Shown piece after piece: positions 32,103 to 40,992 of a stretch of 56,632 nucleotides of DNA. The position numbers were made by a program, and so were the translations under genes. The stretch comes from Minisyncoccota bacterium. Lineage in GTDB: Bacteria; Patescibacteriota; Minisyncoccia; Phycocordibacterales; GWA1-40-21. Location: NCBI GenBank assembly GCA_041663745.1, contig JBAYMB010000001.1:1-56632 (forward strand), written 5' to 3'. Numbering within the stretch: position 1 is the stretch's first letter; every line of letters starts with the position of its first letter. A model generated the notes under the pieces. The model made no database searches, was not told where the DNA came from, and saw nothing but the letters and a program-made list of their open reading frames with translations.

Positions 32103-33839
32103 ATGAACATCACTGATATATTGGAAAACTCAATAAAAACGGCCCTTAAAGGGCTCAAACTGGAGGAATCCAAGGTAGTCTTGGAGCATCCGGAAGACCT
32201 GACACATGGAGACTATTCCACGAATATCGCCATGTCTATGGCAAAGAAAGCGGCACAGAATCCGAAAGCTCTTGCAGAAAAGATCGTCTTGGAAATAAAC
32301 AAGAATAAACCAAAGGAAGTTTCAAGGGTGGAAGTTGCTGGAACAGGCTTCATAAATTTCTATTTGTCCCCCGAATTCTTTGTGATGCAGAGCGGGGAGA
32401 TATTGAAGGCAGGTAAAGGATTCGGTATTAATGGGAATCTGAAAGGAGAAAAGACGATCATTGAATATACGGACCCGAATCCTTTCAAAGAATTTCACAT
32501 TGGTCACTTAATGAGCAATGCCATAGGGGAATCGATCTCAAGGATTATAGAAGCTAATGGCGCGATGGTCACTCGTGCCAACTACCAAGGCGATGTGGGG
32601 CTTCATGTAGCCAAGACTATTTGGGGAGTGCAGAGGATGATGGAAAAAGACCAGAAAACAAAGAATGAATTCTTCGGCGGTCTTTTTGGTATAGGCAAAA
32701 ATCCGAGGATCTGGGGCAAAGCATATGCATTTGGCGCAAAAGCATATGAAGAGGATGAAAAGGCCAAAAAAGAGATAGTGGAGATCAATAAGAAGGTATA
32801 TGGAAGGACCGATCATGAGATAAATGAGATATATGATGTCGGCAGAAAAGTTTCTTTGGCGGAATTTGAAAAAATATACAAGCTTTTGGATACTTATTTT
32901 GACGAATATTTCTTTGAGAGCGAGACAAATGAATTCGGAAAGAATCTGGTATTGGATAACATCAAAACGGGAGTTTTTGAAAAGAGCGACGGAGCGGTCA
33001 TTTTCAAAGGCGAGAACTACGGTCTGCATACAAGGGTGTTCATAAACAGCGAAGGTCTGCCAACATATGAAGCGAAAGATCTCGGCCTTGCCAAGATAAA
33101 ATACGACAGGACCCAATACGATAGATCTATTGTAGTGACCGGCAATGATATAAATGAGTATTTCAAAGTGCTTTTGAAGGCTCTAAGCTTTATATATCCG
33201 GACCTTTCAAAGAAGACCGTCCATATACCGCATGGAATGCTTCGGATGCCTGAAGGCAAAATGTCATCAAGAACTGGAGATGTAATCACAGCAATTTCTT
33301 TGATTGAAGATGTAAAAGAGAAGGTTCTCCAAAAGATGGATGATAGAGGGATGGGCCGAAAGGAGCAAGGTGAAGTGGCGGAAAAAGTGACCATCGGGGC
33401 TCTCAAGTATTCCATCCTCAAACAAGTCACCGGGAAAGATATCATCTTTGACTTTGAAAAATCCCTTTCTTTTGAAGGTGACTCCGGACCATATCTGCAG
33501 TATTCATATGCAAGAGCAAGGTCCATATTGAGAAAAGCAAAAGATGAAAAGATAAAATTAAATTCTAAAAAAGTTGGTAAAGAAATAAATACGCTTGAGA
33601 AGATGCTCTACAGATTCCCGGAAGTAGTGGAGCGGGCAGGGAATGAGTATTCGCCTCACTACATCGCAACGTATCTCATAGAGCTTTCCTCGTCTTTTAA
33701 TAATTTCTATGCCCACAACAAGATCGTGGACAAGGACAATGCCGATTCTTCGTATAATATCTCTCTTACGGAAGCTTTTTCCATCGTTTTGAGGAACGGA
33801 CTCGACCTCCTTGGGATCCAAGCTCCGGAGAGAATGTGA
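32103..33839 (+). CDS. argS: Arginyl-tRNA synthetase
   Basis: NPFKEFHIGHLMSNAIGESI (HIGH) and an ArgRS anticodon-binding C-terminus ending in M. TGaTATCAT (32088-32096) lies 6 nt before the ATG. Confidence 0.9.
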   Translation: MNITDILENSIKTALKGLKLEESKVVLEHPEDLTHGDYSTNIAMSMAKKAAQNPKALAEKIVLEINKNKPKEVSRVEVAGTGFINFYLSPEFFVMQSGEILKAGKGFGINGNLKGEKTIIEYTDPNPFKEFHIGHLMSNAIGESISRIIEANGAMVTRANYQGDVGLHVAKTIWGVQRMMEKDQKTKNEFFGGLFGIGKNPRIWGKAYAFGAKAYEEDEKAKKEIVEINKKVYGRTDHEINEIYDVGRKVSLAEFEKIYKLLDTYFDEYFFESETNEFGKNLVLDNIKTGVFEKSDGAVIFKGENYGLHTRVFINSEGLPTYEAKDLGLAKIKYDRTQYDRSIVVTGNDINEYFKVLLKALSFIYPDLSKKTVHIPHGMLRMPEGKMSSRTGDVITAISLIEDVKEKVLQKMDDRGMGRKEQGEVAEKVTIGALKYSILKQVTGKDIIFDFEKSLSFEGDSGPYLQYSYARARSILRKAKDEKIKLNSKKVGKEINTLEKMLYRFPEVVERAGNEYSPHYIATYLIELSSSFNNFYAHNKIVDKDNADSSYNISLTEAFSIVLRNGLDLLGIQAPERM

Positions 33840-33915
33840 TCACGTATTGTAATAATAATCCATTGGTGTAGTATTCCATCCAGAAATACAGTACCAGGCA
33901 TGAAAGGAGTCTAAA

Positions 33916-34404
33916 TTGGCAACTAAGACCAAGACTCTTGAGTTTTTGATGGATGTGCATATCCCCTCGGTCACAAAAGAGTTTGTGGTAGGGGATAATT
34001 TCAAGGAAATGCCCCTCGGGATATTCTCGTACATCAGTCAGGCCTCCAAGAAATTCTTGGCGGAGAACCCGATGGTCTTGCCGCGCAAAAGCTACACCGT
34101 ATCCGTTCATCAGCCTCGCATCTTTTGCACGACGAGAGACATATTGGAAGAGCTCGGCCAGGGCGAAATGGACCTTGCTGCCATCCGTTTCATCTTGAAC
34201 AAGCAAGAAGGAGGCAGAAGGGGACCGCTTCTCACGAACAACAGGCCAAATGTCTTTCGTGTGCTGACGGCGACCGTTTATTTCGTTTGGGACGAGGGTA
34301 GGGGATGGATCATGGATGTGAGCTACCCTTCGCCCGAAACCTATTTATGGAACGAGGAAGACAGGATCTTCTCCAGAAAGGCCAAGGTCGAGCAGAAGAA
34401 GTGA
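33916..34404 (+). CDS. Hypothetical protein in a G+C-rich islet
   Basis: TTG start 6 nt after AAGGAG (33904-33909). 162 aa with G/C-ending codons. Confidence 0.5.
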   Translation: MATKTKTLEFLMDVHIPSVTKEFVVGDNFKEMPLGIFSYISQASKKFLAENPMVLPRKSYTVSVHQPRIFCTTRDILEELGQGEMDLAAIRFILNKQEGGRRGPLLTNNRPNVFRVLTATVYFVWDEGRGWIMDVSYPSPETYLWNEEDRIFSRKAKVEQKK

Positions 34405-34416
34405 GGAATGGTGCAA

Positions 34417-34448
34417 GGTCCCGAGCTGTATGGCTTGGGACTTTTTTT
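34417..34448 (+). terminator. Rho-independent terminator
   Basis: GTCCCGAG (34418-34425) pairs with CTTGGGAC (34434-34441) including one G-U, then T7. Confidence 0.7.
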
Positions 34449-34468
34449 GCATATGATATAATTGGCAT

Positions 34469-34792
34469 ATGAACATGGAAATGCCACCAACAGAAGAAGG
34501 TAATATAGAAAAAGGAAAAGTCCTTGAGATGTTGAGAACGAATGGTTTTGATCATCCAGAAACTAGAGAATTAGTGATCAAATGGACAGAGCAACAAGAA
34601 GCCCTGGTCGTCACAAGCCGTGATGCCATTGTTTTAAATATTGAACGAACAGACCTGTATCTTGCTGCAGGAGATAAAGACGGAGCTATAGAATGCCTTG
34701 AAGACGCTTTGACGCAGGCGGACCAGGAAAATGAGAAAGAACTTCAAGATCAAATTGTAGAAAAGATAAAACAAATAAAGGGCCAAAGTTGA
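34469..34792 (+). CDS. Hypothetical acidic helical protein
   Basis: 107-aa ORF. TGaTATAAT (34454-34462) lies 6 nt before the ATG. Confidence 0.5.
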   Translation: MNMEMPPTEEGNIEKGKVLEMLRTNGFDHPETRELVIKWTEQQEALVVTSRDAIVLNIERTDLYLAAGDKDGAIECLEDALTQADQENEKELQDQIVEKIKQIKGQS

Positions 34793-34871
34793 TTTAAGAT
34801 ATGAGTTTGAGCGAGACTTGCCTCGCCCTTTTTTTCCATTAAAAATCTGATACAATGGAAACTCATATATT

Positions 34872-37800
34872 ATGACCGAAAAACAGCAAAAACCGGTGAC
34901 AAAAAGCAAATTTGCCGAAAGGGAGGAGGAGATATTGCAATTCTGGCAAGAGAGGGAGATATTCAAGAAAACTTTGGAAAAACCTTCAAAGGGCGAGTTT
35001 GTCTTCTATGACGGACCTCCTTTCGCGACAGGTCTTCCTCACTACGGCCATATCCTTGCCGGCACAATGAAGGATTACATCGGCAGATATCAGACGATGA
35101 AGGGCAAGCACGTTCCTCGCCGATGGGGCTGGGACACCCACGGAATTCCCGTGGAAGTCATTGTTGAAAAGGAGATCGGGCTCAAATCAAAAAAGGACGT
35201 TGAAGATTTTGGCTTGGAAAAGTTCAATGACATAGCCAGGTCAAAGGTCATGACATACGCCGATGATTGGAAGAAAATAATCCCTAGGCTCGGGAGATTT
35301 GTGGACATGGAGAACGACTACAAGACGATGAACTCGGCCTTCACCGAAAGCGTCTGGTGGGTCTTCAAGGAATTGCACAAGAAAGGCCTGGTATATGAAG
35401 GCTTCAAATCAATGCACATATGCCCTCATTGCGGTACGACCCTATCAAATTTTGAAGTAGGTCAGGGATATAAAGACATTACAGATCTGTCTGTCACGGT
35501 AAAATTCGAGCTTGTGGATGAGCCTAATACATTTGTCTTGGCTTGGACGACGACCCCATGGACCCTTCCAGGGAACGTGGCTCTTGCAGTGAACCCAAAA
35601 TTCGACTATGTGGAAATAGAGAGGAAGGATGAAGGAAGGTTCATACTGGCGAAAGATCTCTTGAAAAAGGTTTTCAAGGATGAAAAGTATTCCATAGTCA
35701 AGGAGATGAAGGGCGCTGAGCTTGTAGGCAGATCATACAATCCGCTTTTCTCATACTATGACAAGATAGACATCAAAAACAAGGAAAACGGCTTCAAGAT
35801 ATATCCGGCTGATTTCGTCACAATGGAAGACGGCACCGGAGTGGTGCATATCGCCCCTGCATTCGGCGAGGACGATCTGAAGCTTGGAAATGAGAAGAAG
35901 CTTCCCTTCATCCAGCATGTCGGGATGGACGGAAGGTTCAGGCCAGAGGTCACGGATTTTGCCGGCCAAAAGGTCAAACCAATAGAAGATCCCCAAGCTG
36001 CGGACATTGAGATCATAAAATTCTTGGCCAAGAAGGGGACTTTGTTTGAAAAGGAGAAGTTCATCCACTCATATCCTCATTGCTACAGATGCGACACCCC
36101 GCTTTTGAACTACGCCACGAGCTCATGGTTCGTTGAGATAGCGAAATTCAAGGACAAGCTCATTGCGGCCAACAAAAAGATAAGATGGGTCCCAAGCGAT
36201 CTTGGGGAAGGCAGATTCGGAAAGCTTCTGGAGTCTGCTCCTGATTGGTCCATCTCAAGAACGAGATTTTGGGGCGCATCGATGCCAATATGGAGATGCC
36301 AGAACGAGAAATGCAATGAGAAGGAGTTCATCGGATCGGTCGGGGAGATAAAGGAAAGGACGAAAAGCAAGAACAAGTTCCTGGTCGTCAGGCACGGAGA
36401 GTCGGAGAGCAATCTCACGGGAATTCTGAGCTCCGATCCGAAGTCAGTTAACCATCTGACTGACAAAGGCAGGGAACAAGCTGTCCTTGCCGCAAAGAAC
36501 CTCATGCACAAGGTGGATGTCATATACTGCTCTCCTTTCATGAGGACAAAAGAGACCGCCGAGATCATCGCAGAAACAATCGGATATCCGAAGGACAAGA
36601 TCGTATACGATGAAAGGCTTCATGAGATATATGGGGGGGAATTTGACGGCAAGAACGACAAGGAATATCAGGCATTCTTCGGGAACAGGGAGGAAAAGTT
36701 CACAAAAACCCCTAAAGGAGGGGAGAACTACCAAGTAGTCATCAAAAGGATGACCGAGTTCGTATATGAGACTGACGCAAAAAATGAAGGAAAGAACATC
36801 CTGATCGTCTCCCACAATACCCCTATCTGGCTCATGTTCTGCGGAACTGCGGGGCTTGATAAGAAACAGGCTTTGAAGACAAGGAAGCAGGGAGAGGCTT
36901 TTATAGAGAATTCCGAGATCAAAGAGCTTGATTTTGCCCCCATTCCGCACAACAGGAACTATGAGCTTGACCTCCATCGCCCGTTCATCGATGAGATAAA
37001 TCTCAAATGCAAATGTGGCGGTGTGATGAAGCGCATCCCCGAGGTCTTTGATTGCTGGTTCGAGTCCGGGTCCATGCCATACGGTGAGATGCACTATCCT
37101 TTCGAGAATACGGACATATTCGACCCGAAGAAGCATCTCAGATTTCCTGCAGACTTCATTGCCGAGGGAATAGACCAGACTCGCGGATGGTTCTACTCCA
37201 TGCTTGTCGTCTCAGTCGCGCTTTTCGGCGAGTCTTCATACAAGAATGTCATTGCAAACGGGATTGTCCTTGCGGAAGACGGGTTGAAAATGGCAAAGAG
37301 ACTGAAAAATTACACCGATCCTGTCATGCTTGCCGAGAAATACAGCGCTGATGCCATGCGATACTATCTTTTGTCATCTCCAGGCGTGCGGGCGGAAGAC
37401 CTGAAATTCTCCGATCGTGGAGTCGATGAGACATTGAAAAAAGTGATCATGAGGCTCCAAAACGTCTTCTCTTTCTTTGAGATGTATGGCGGATTTGATG
37501 TGGCAGTGAAGGAGAATGCCTCAAAGAACATTTTGGACAAGTGGATTCTCGCAAGACTAGAAGAGACTGCTTTTCAAATAACAAAAGCGACTGATAACTA
37601 TGAACTGGACAGGGCGACAAGGCCGATAGCGGACCTTGTGGACGACATCTCTACGTGGTTCCTGAGGAGATCGAGAGACAGATTTAAGTCCGAGGACGCG
37701 GAGGACAGGCACTCGGCTATGCTGACGACTCGAACCGTGATACTCGAGCTTTCCAAGCTCATGGCCCCTTCGATGCCTTTTCTTGCCGAGGACCTATACT

Positions 37801-38375
37801 TGAAAATAACGGGCGGGATGGGGAAGGAGAGCGTTCATTTGGAAGATTGGCCGGACCATCTTGTGAAAGAGCTTTCGGATGAAAAGACCAAGATGATAGA
37901 AACGATGAATGAAGTGAGGAAGATCGTATCTTTGGGACTTGAGGCAAGGGTGAAGGCGGGTATAAAAGTCAGACAGCCCCTGTCCAGTTTGAAGGTCAAA
38001 AGCGAGAAGTTCGAAGGAAAGAAGGAATACCTAGATCTCATCAGGGACGAGGTCAATGTAAAAGAGGTCGTATGCGATGCATCGATTGCAAACGAGATCG
38101 AGCTTGATGTGAACATCACGCCTATATTAAAAGATGAGGGGATCATGCGTGATATCGTCAGAGCCATTCAGGACTTGAGGAAGAACAAGAAGCTCAATCC
38201 GAGTGACCTTGTAGATCTTGTAGTGGATACCGATGATGCAGGTAAGAGGATATTCGAGAAATTCACAGAAGAGATATCAAAGACGACTGGTCTCAAAGAA
38301 ATAAGTTTTGAACATCTTGATAGCGGGGAGATCTTGGAGCTTGAGGGGATGAGAGCTAGGGTGGAGATAGCATAG
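34872..38375 (+). CDS. ileS: Isoleucyl-tRNA synthetase (type 2-like) with an inserted histidine-phosphatase (PGAM-like) domain
   Basis: PHYGHILAG (HIGH), CP1 editing domain (TTTPWTLPGN), GLKMAKRLKNY (KMSKS-like). Residues ~498-697 form an insertion carrying LVVRHGESESN and ILIVSHNTPIW. Confidence 0.9.
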   Translation: MTEKQQKPVTKSKFAEREEEILQFWQEREIFKKTLEKPSKGEFVFYDGPPFATGLPHYGHILAGTMKDYIGRYQTMKGKHVPRRWGWDTHGIPVEVIVEKEIGLKSKKDVEDFGLEKFNDIARSKVMTYADDWKKIIPRLGRFVDMENDYKTMNSAFTESVWWVFKELHKKGLVYEGFKSMHICPHCGTTLSNFEVGQGYKDITDLSVTVKFELVDEPNTFVLAWTTTPWTLPGNVALAVNPKFDYVEIERKDEGRFILAKDLLKKVFKDEKYSIVKEMKGAELVGRSYNPLFSYYDKIDIKNKENGFKIYPADFVTMEDGTGVVHIAPAFGEDDLKLGNEKKLPFIQHVGMDGRFRPEVTDFAGQKVKPIEDPQAADIEIIKFLAKKGTLFEKEKFIHSYPHCYRCDTPLLNYATSSWFVEIAKFKDKLIAANKKIRWVPSDLGEGRFGKLLESAPDWSISRTRFWGASMPIWRCQNEKCNEKEFIGSVGEIKERTKSKNKFLVVRHGESESNLTGILSSDPKSVNHLTDKGREQAVLAAKNLMHKVDVIYCSPFMRTKETAEIIAETIGYPKDKIVYDERLHEIYGGEFDGKNDKEYQAFFGNREEKFTKTPKGGENYQVVIKRMTEFVYETDAKNEGKNILIVSHNTPIWLMFCGTAGLDKKQALKTRKQGEAFIENSEIKELDFAPIPHNRNYELDLHRPFIDEINLKCKCGGVMKRIPEVFDCWFESGSMPYGEMHYPFENTDIFDPKKHLRFPADFIAEGIDQTRGWFYSMLVVSVALFGESSYKNVIANGIVLAEDGLKMAKRLKNYTDPVMLAEKYSADAMRYYLLSSPGVRAEDLKFSDRGVDETLKKVIMRLQNVFSFFEMYGGFDVAVKENASKNILDKWILARLEETAFQITKATDNYELDRATRPIADLVDDISTWFLRRSRDRFKSEDAEDRHSAMLTTRTVILELSKLMAPSMPFLAEDLYLKITGGMGKESVHLEDWPDHLVKELSDEKTKMIETMNEVRKIVSLGLEARVKAGIKVRQPLSSLKVKSEKFEGKKEYLDLIRDEVNVKEVVCDASIANEIELDVNITPILKDEGIMRDIVRAIQDLRKNKKLNPSDLVDLVVDTDDAGKRIFEKFTEEISKTTGLKEISFEHLDSGEILELEGMRARVEIA

Positions 38376-38402
38376 AACAGACAACAAAAGTTGTCTGTTT
38401 TA
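38376..38402 (+). terminator. Rho-independent terminator
   Basis: AACAGACAA (38376-38384) pairs with TTGTCTGTT (38391-38399), then a T-run. Confidence 0.75.
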
Positions 38403-38424
38403 TTGTGATATCATTATCTTTATC

Positions 38425-39009
38425 ATGCACCAGATATACACCACAAAAGCAATAATAATAAAAAGCATACCGGTGGGCGAAGCCAACAAGCTCTATTTTC
38501 TGCTCACCAAAGATCTCGGTTTCATAAAGGCAAGCGCCCAAGGAGTGAGAAAATCAGCCTCCAAGCTCAAAAGCCATTTGCAGGACCTTTGTCTTGTGAA
38601 CATCTCCGTGGTCAAGGGCAGGGAGATCTGGAGGATCGTTGGGGTGGAGACTATAAGCCAGAGGCCTTTCATAAAGGATAAAGAAAAGATTCTTGTCGCA
38701 AAGAACATATTTTCCTTGCTCTTAAGGCTTCTCCATGGCGAAGAGAAGAACGAGGCGCTCTTTGACAATATCCTCTCACTCTATGATTTTCTCTCTGAAA
38801 GCTCTCTGTCAAAGGACGATCTTGCGAATCTTGAGACCATAATCGTCCTCAGGATCTTGTATCATCTAGGCTATTTCAAACGATCCTTCGACCTGTCGTC
38901 ATTTGCCGAGGGGAATGAACTTTCCTTGGATCTTCTCAATTCATTCAATGACAAGAGAAGGCTGGCCATAAAGGAGATAAACGAGGCTTTGAGCGAAACG
39001 CATTTGTGA
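38425..39009 (+). CDS. recO: DNA repair protein RecO
   Basis: N-terminal OB-fold pattern TKAIIIKSIPVGEANKLYFLLTKDLGFIKASAQGVRKSASKL; ~194 aa. Confidence 0.75.
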   Translation: MHQIYTTKAIIIKSIPVGEANKLYFLLTKDLGFIKASAQGVRKSASKLKSHLQDLCLVNISVVKGREIWRIVGVETISQRPFIKDKEKILVAKNIFSLLLRLLHGEEKNEALFDNILSLYDFLSESSLSKDDLANLETIIVLRILYHLGYFKRSFDLSSFAEGNELSLDLLNSFNDKRRLAIKEINEALSETHL

Positions 39010-39023
39010 TATAATTTCCCCAT

Positions 39024-40946
39024 ATGTACGTACCGGACGAGAAGAAAAACAAAATAGAGGGGGTCAAGGACGTTCTATACTCAAAGAGCGCTGATGGCAT
39101 CTTCGTAAAGAAAAGACACTCTCTTCCAAGCCAGAACAGTCCTGAAAAGACTCCTTCATCATGGAGCGTTGAGGAGGAAGGGCCTGAGAGCAAGGTCACT
39201 GTGCCATATGCAAAGATACTCATCGGAGCGTTCATATTCTTCCTTTTGGCCGCCGGTTTTGCCTTCTATAAATTCTTCGGAGGTTCCAATATGGTGTCAG
39301 GCAACAATATAGACATCCTTGTGAGCGGTCCGACATCGATTGCCGGAGGCGAGGTTCTCCCGCTTGATATAGAGGTGAAGAACAACAATGTCACCGATCT
39401 GCAGACGGTTGAATTGCGCGTTGAATACCCGGACGGCACCAAAAAGCCCGATGACCTTTCGGCTGACATGAAAAGATCAAGTGAAGTACTAGGTGACATA
39501 AAAGTCGGACAGAGCGAGAAGCGTCTCGTGAAATCAGTGCTCTTTGGGCAGGAGAATACAGAGCAAACGGTCAAAATAACAGTTGAATACAGATTGGCTG
39601 GCTCAAATGCCATATTCAGCAAAGAAAAAGACTACACTGTCCTTCTGAGCTCTTCGCCGGTGAACATAAGCGTGAGCGGGGCCGATGAGGTTACGGCAAA
39701 CCAGCAGACCGACTTTGCATTGAACATCACCTCGAACTCTTTGAGCACGCTCAAAGGCTTGATACTTAAAGTGGACTATCCTTTCGGGTTCAATCTCATC
39801 TCCTCAAATCCCCAATCAACCTCTGCTGACGGTTCCGTCTTCTACTTGGGCGACTTGGCTCCGGGAGCGCAAAGACTGATACGCATCACAGGAATGCTTC
39901 AGGGGCAGGATGGCGAACAGAGGGTTCTTAAGTTCACTGTCGGGACTCCGAGCGCAAGCAACAAGAACTCAATGGGAACCGCTTTCGCATTGCTTTCTCA
40001 GACCGTGTCCATCAAGAAGCCTTTCGTCAATCTTTCAATGCTTCTGAACCAGGAAGAAGACAGCGAGGTTGCCATTGATGCGGGAGGGAAGGTGAACGGG
40101 CATATCGTATGGAAGAACAATCTGACGGAAAAGATATACAACATGAGCATAAAGGTGAAATTCACCGGAAGCGCGCTTGACAAGACGACGGTTCGCGCGG
40201 ATGACGGCTTCTATAATTCTTTCGATAACTCGCTCGTCTTTGACAGGAATAATATCCCTGATCTTGCCACTGTGGGAATCGATAGCGAAGGCGATATGGA
40301 TTTTGACTTCAGTTCATTTTACCCGTCTTCGCAGTCAAGCGTCTCTTTCAGTAATGCTTCCATAATCCTTGATATCAGTGTTCTTGGGACGAGAGTCGGA
40401 GGAGGCGGAAATACCGAGGAAGTCCTATATTCCGGAAAGAAGACCGTGAGAATATCCTCGAATCTCAAGCTCTTGGCCAGAAGCTTCAGGACAGTTGGAC
40501 CGTTTGAGAACAGCGGACCGTTCCCTCCGAAGGCTGATAACAAAACGACATATACAATCACGTGGACCGCCACGAATTCGTTCAATAATGTGAACAATGC
40601 CAGAGTCTCTGCCATCCTCCCTCCGAATGTCTCATGGGAAGGCTTTACGAGTCCGGGGACCGAGCATATAACGTACGATCAAGGCAGTGGAGAGGTTGTT
40701 TGGGATATCGGGAGCATACGATCTGGATCCGGTACGACATACCAGCCTAGAGACGTGTCATTCCAAGTTTCCATAACTCCAAGTGTCACTCAGGTCGGAC
40801 ATGAGGTCAATCTTCTGAATGAATCGACCATAAGCGGCACGGACGTGTTCTCCGGAGCAAGGATAGGTGAGGTCAAAGCTCCAGTCACCACAAGTATCAT
40901 TTTTGATCCGGCGTATACGGAGAACATAGGCAAGGTGGTGCAGTGA
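39024..40946 (+). CDS. Membrane-anchored extracellular protein with beta-sandwich repeats (hypothetical)
   Basis: Cytoplasmic N-terminus, one TM helix (ILIGAFIFFLLAAGFAFY), then ~560 aa of Ser/Thr/Asn-rich beta-type sequence. TGaTATAAT (39007-39015) lies 8 nt before the ATG. Confidence 0.6.
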   Translation: MYVPDEKKNKIEGVKDVLYSKSADGIFVKKRHSLPSQNSPEKTPSSWSVEEEGPESKVTVPYAKILIGAFIFFLLAAGFAFYKFFGGSNMVSGNNIDILVSGPTSIAGGEVLPLDIEVKNNNVTDLQTVELRVEYPDGTKKPDDLSADMKRSSEVLGDIKVGQSEKRLVKSVLFGQENTEQTVKITVEYRLAGSNAIFSKEKDYTVLLSSSPVNISVSGADEVTANQQTDFALNITSNSLSTLKGLILKVDYPFGFNLISSNPQSTSADGSVFYLGDLAPGAQRLIRITGMLQGQDGEQRVLKFTVGTPSASNKNSMGTAFALLSQTVSIKKPFVNLSMLLNQEEDSEVAIDAGGKVNGHIVWKNNLTEKIYNMSIKVKFTGSALDKTTVRADDGFYNSFDNSLVFDRNNIPDLATVGIDSEGDMDFDFSSFYPSSQSSVSFSNASIILDISVLGTRVGGGGNTEEVLYSGKKTVRISSNLKLLARSFRTVGPFENSGPFPPKADNKTTYTITWTATNSFNNVNNARVSAILPPNVSWEGFTSPGTEHITYDQGSGEVVWDIGSIRSGSGTTYQPRDVSFQVSITPSVTQVGHEVNLLNESTISGTDVFSGARIGEVKAPVTTSIIFDPAYTENIGKVVQ

Positions 40947-40992
40947 TGAAATGGCTGGTAAAAAACCGATTTTTAATGTAAATTGACCTCAT

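Noticed and set aside
33916-34404. Possible homology between the two G+C-rich hypothetical proteins (11524..12123 and 33916..34404)
   Set aside because: Both have Trp/Gly/Arg-rich C-terminal parts, but I could not produce a convincing alignment by eye. I do not claim it.
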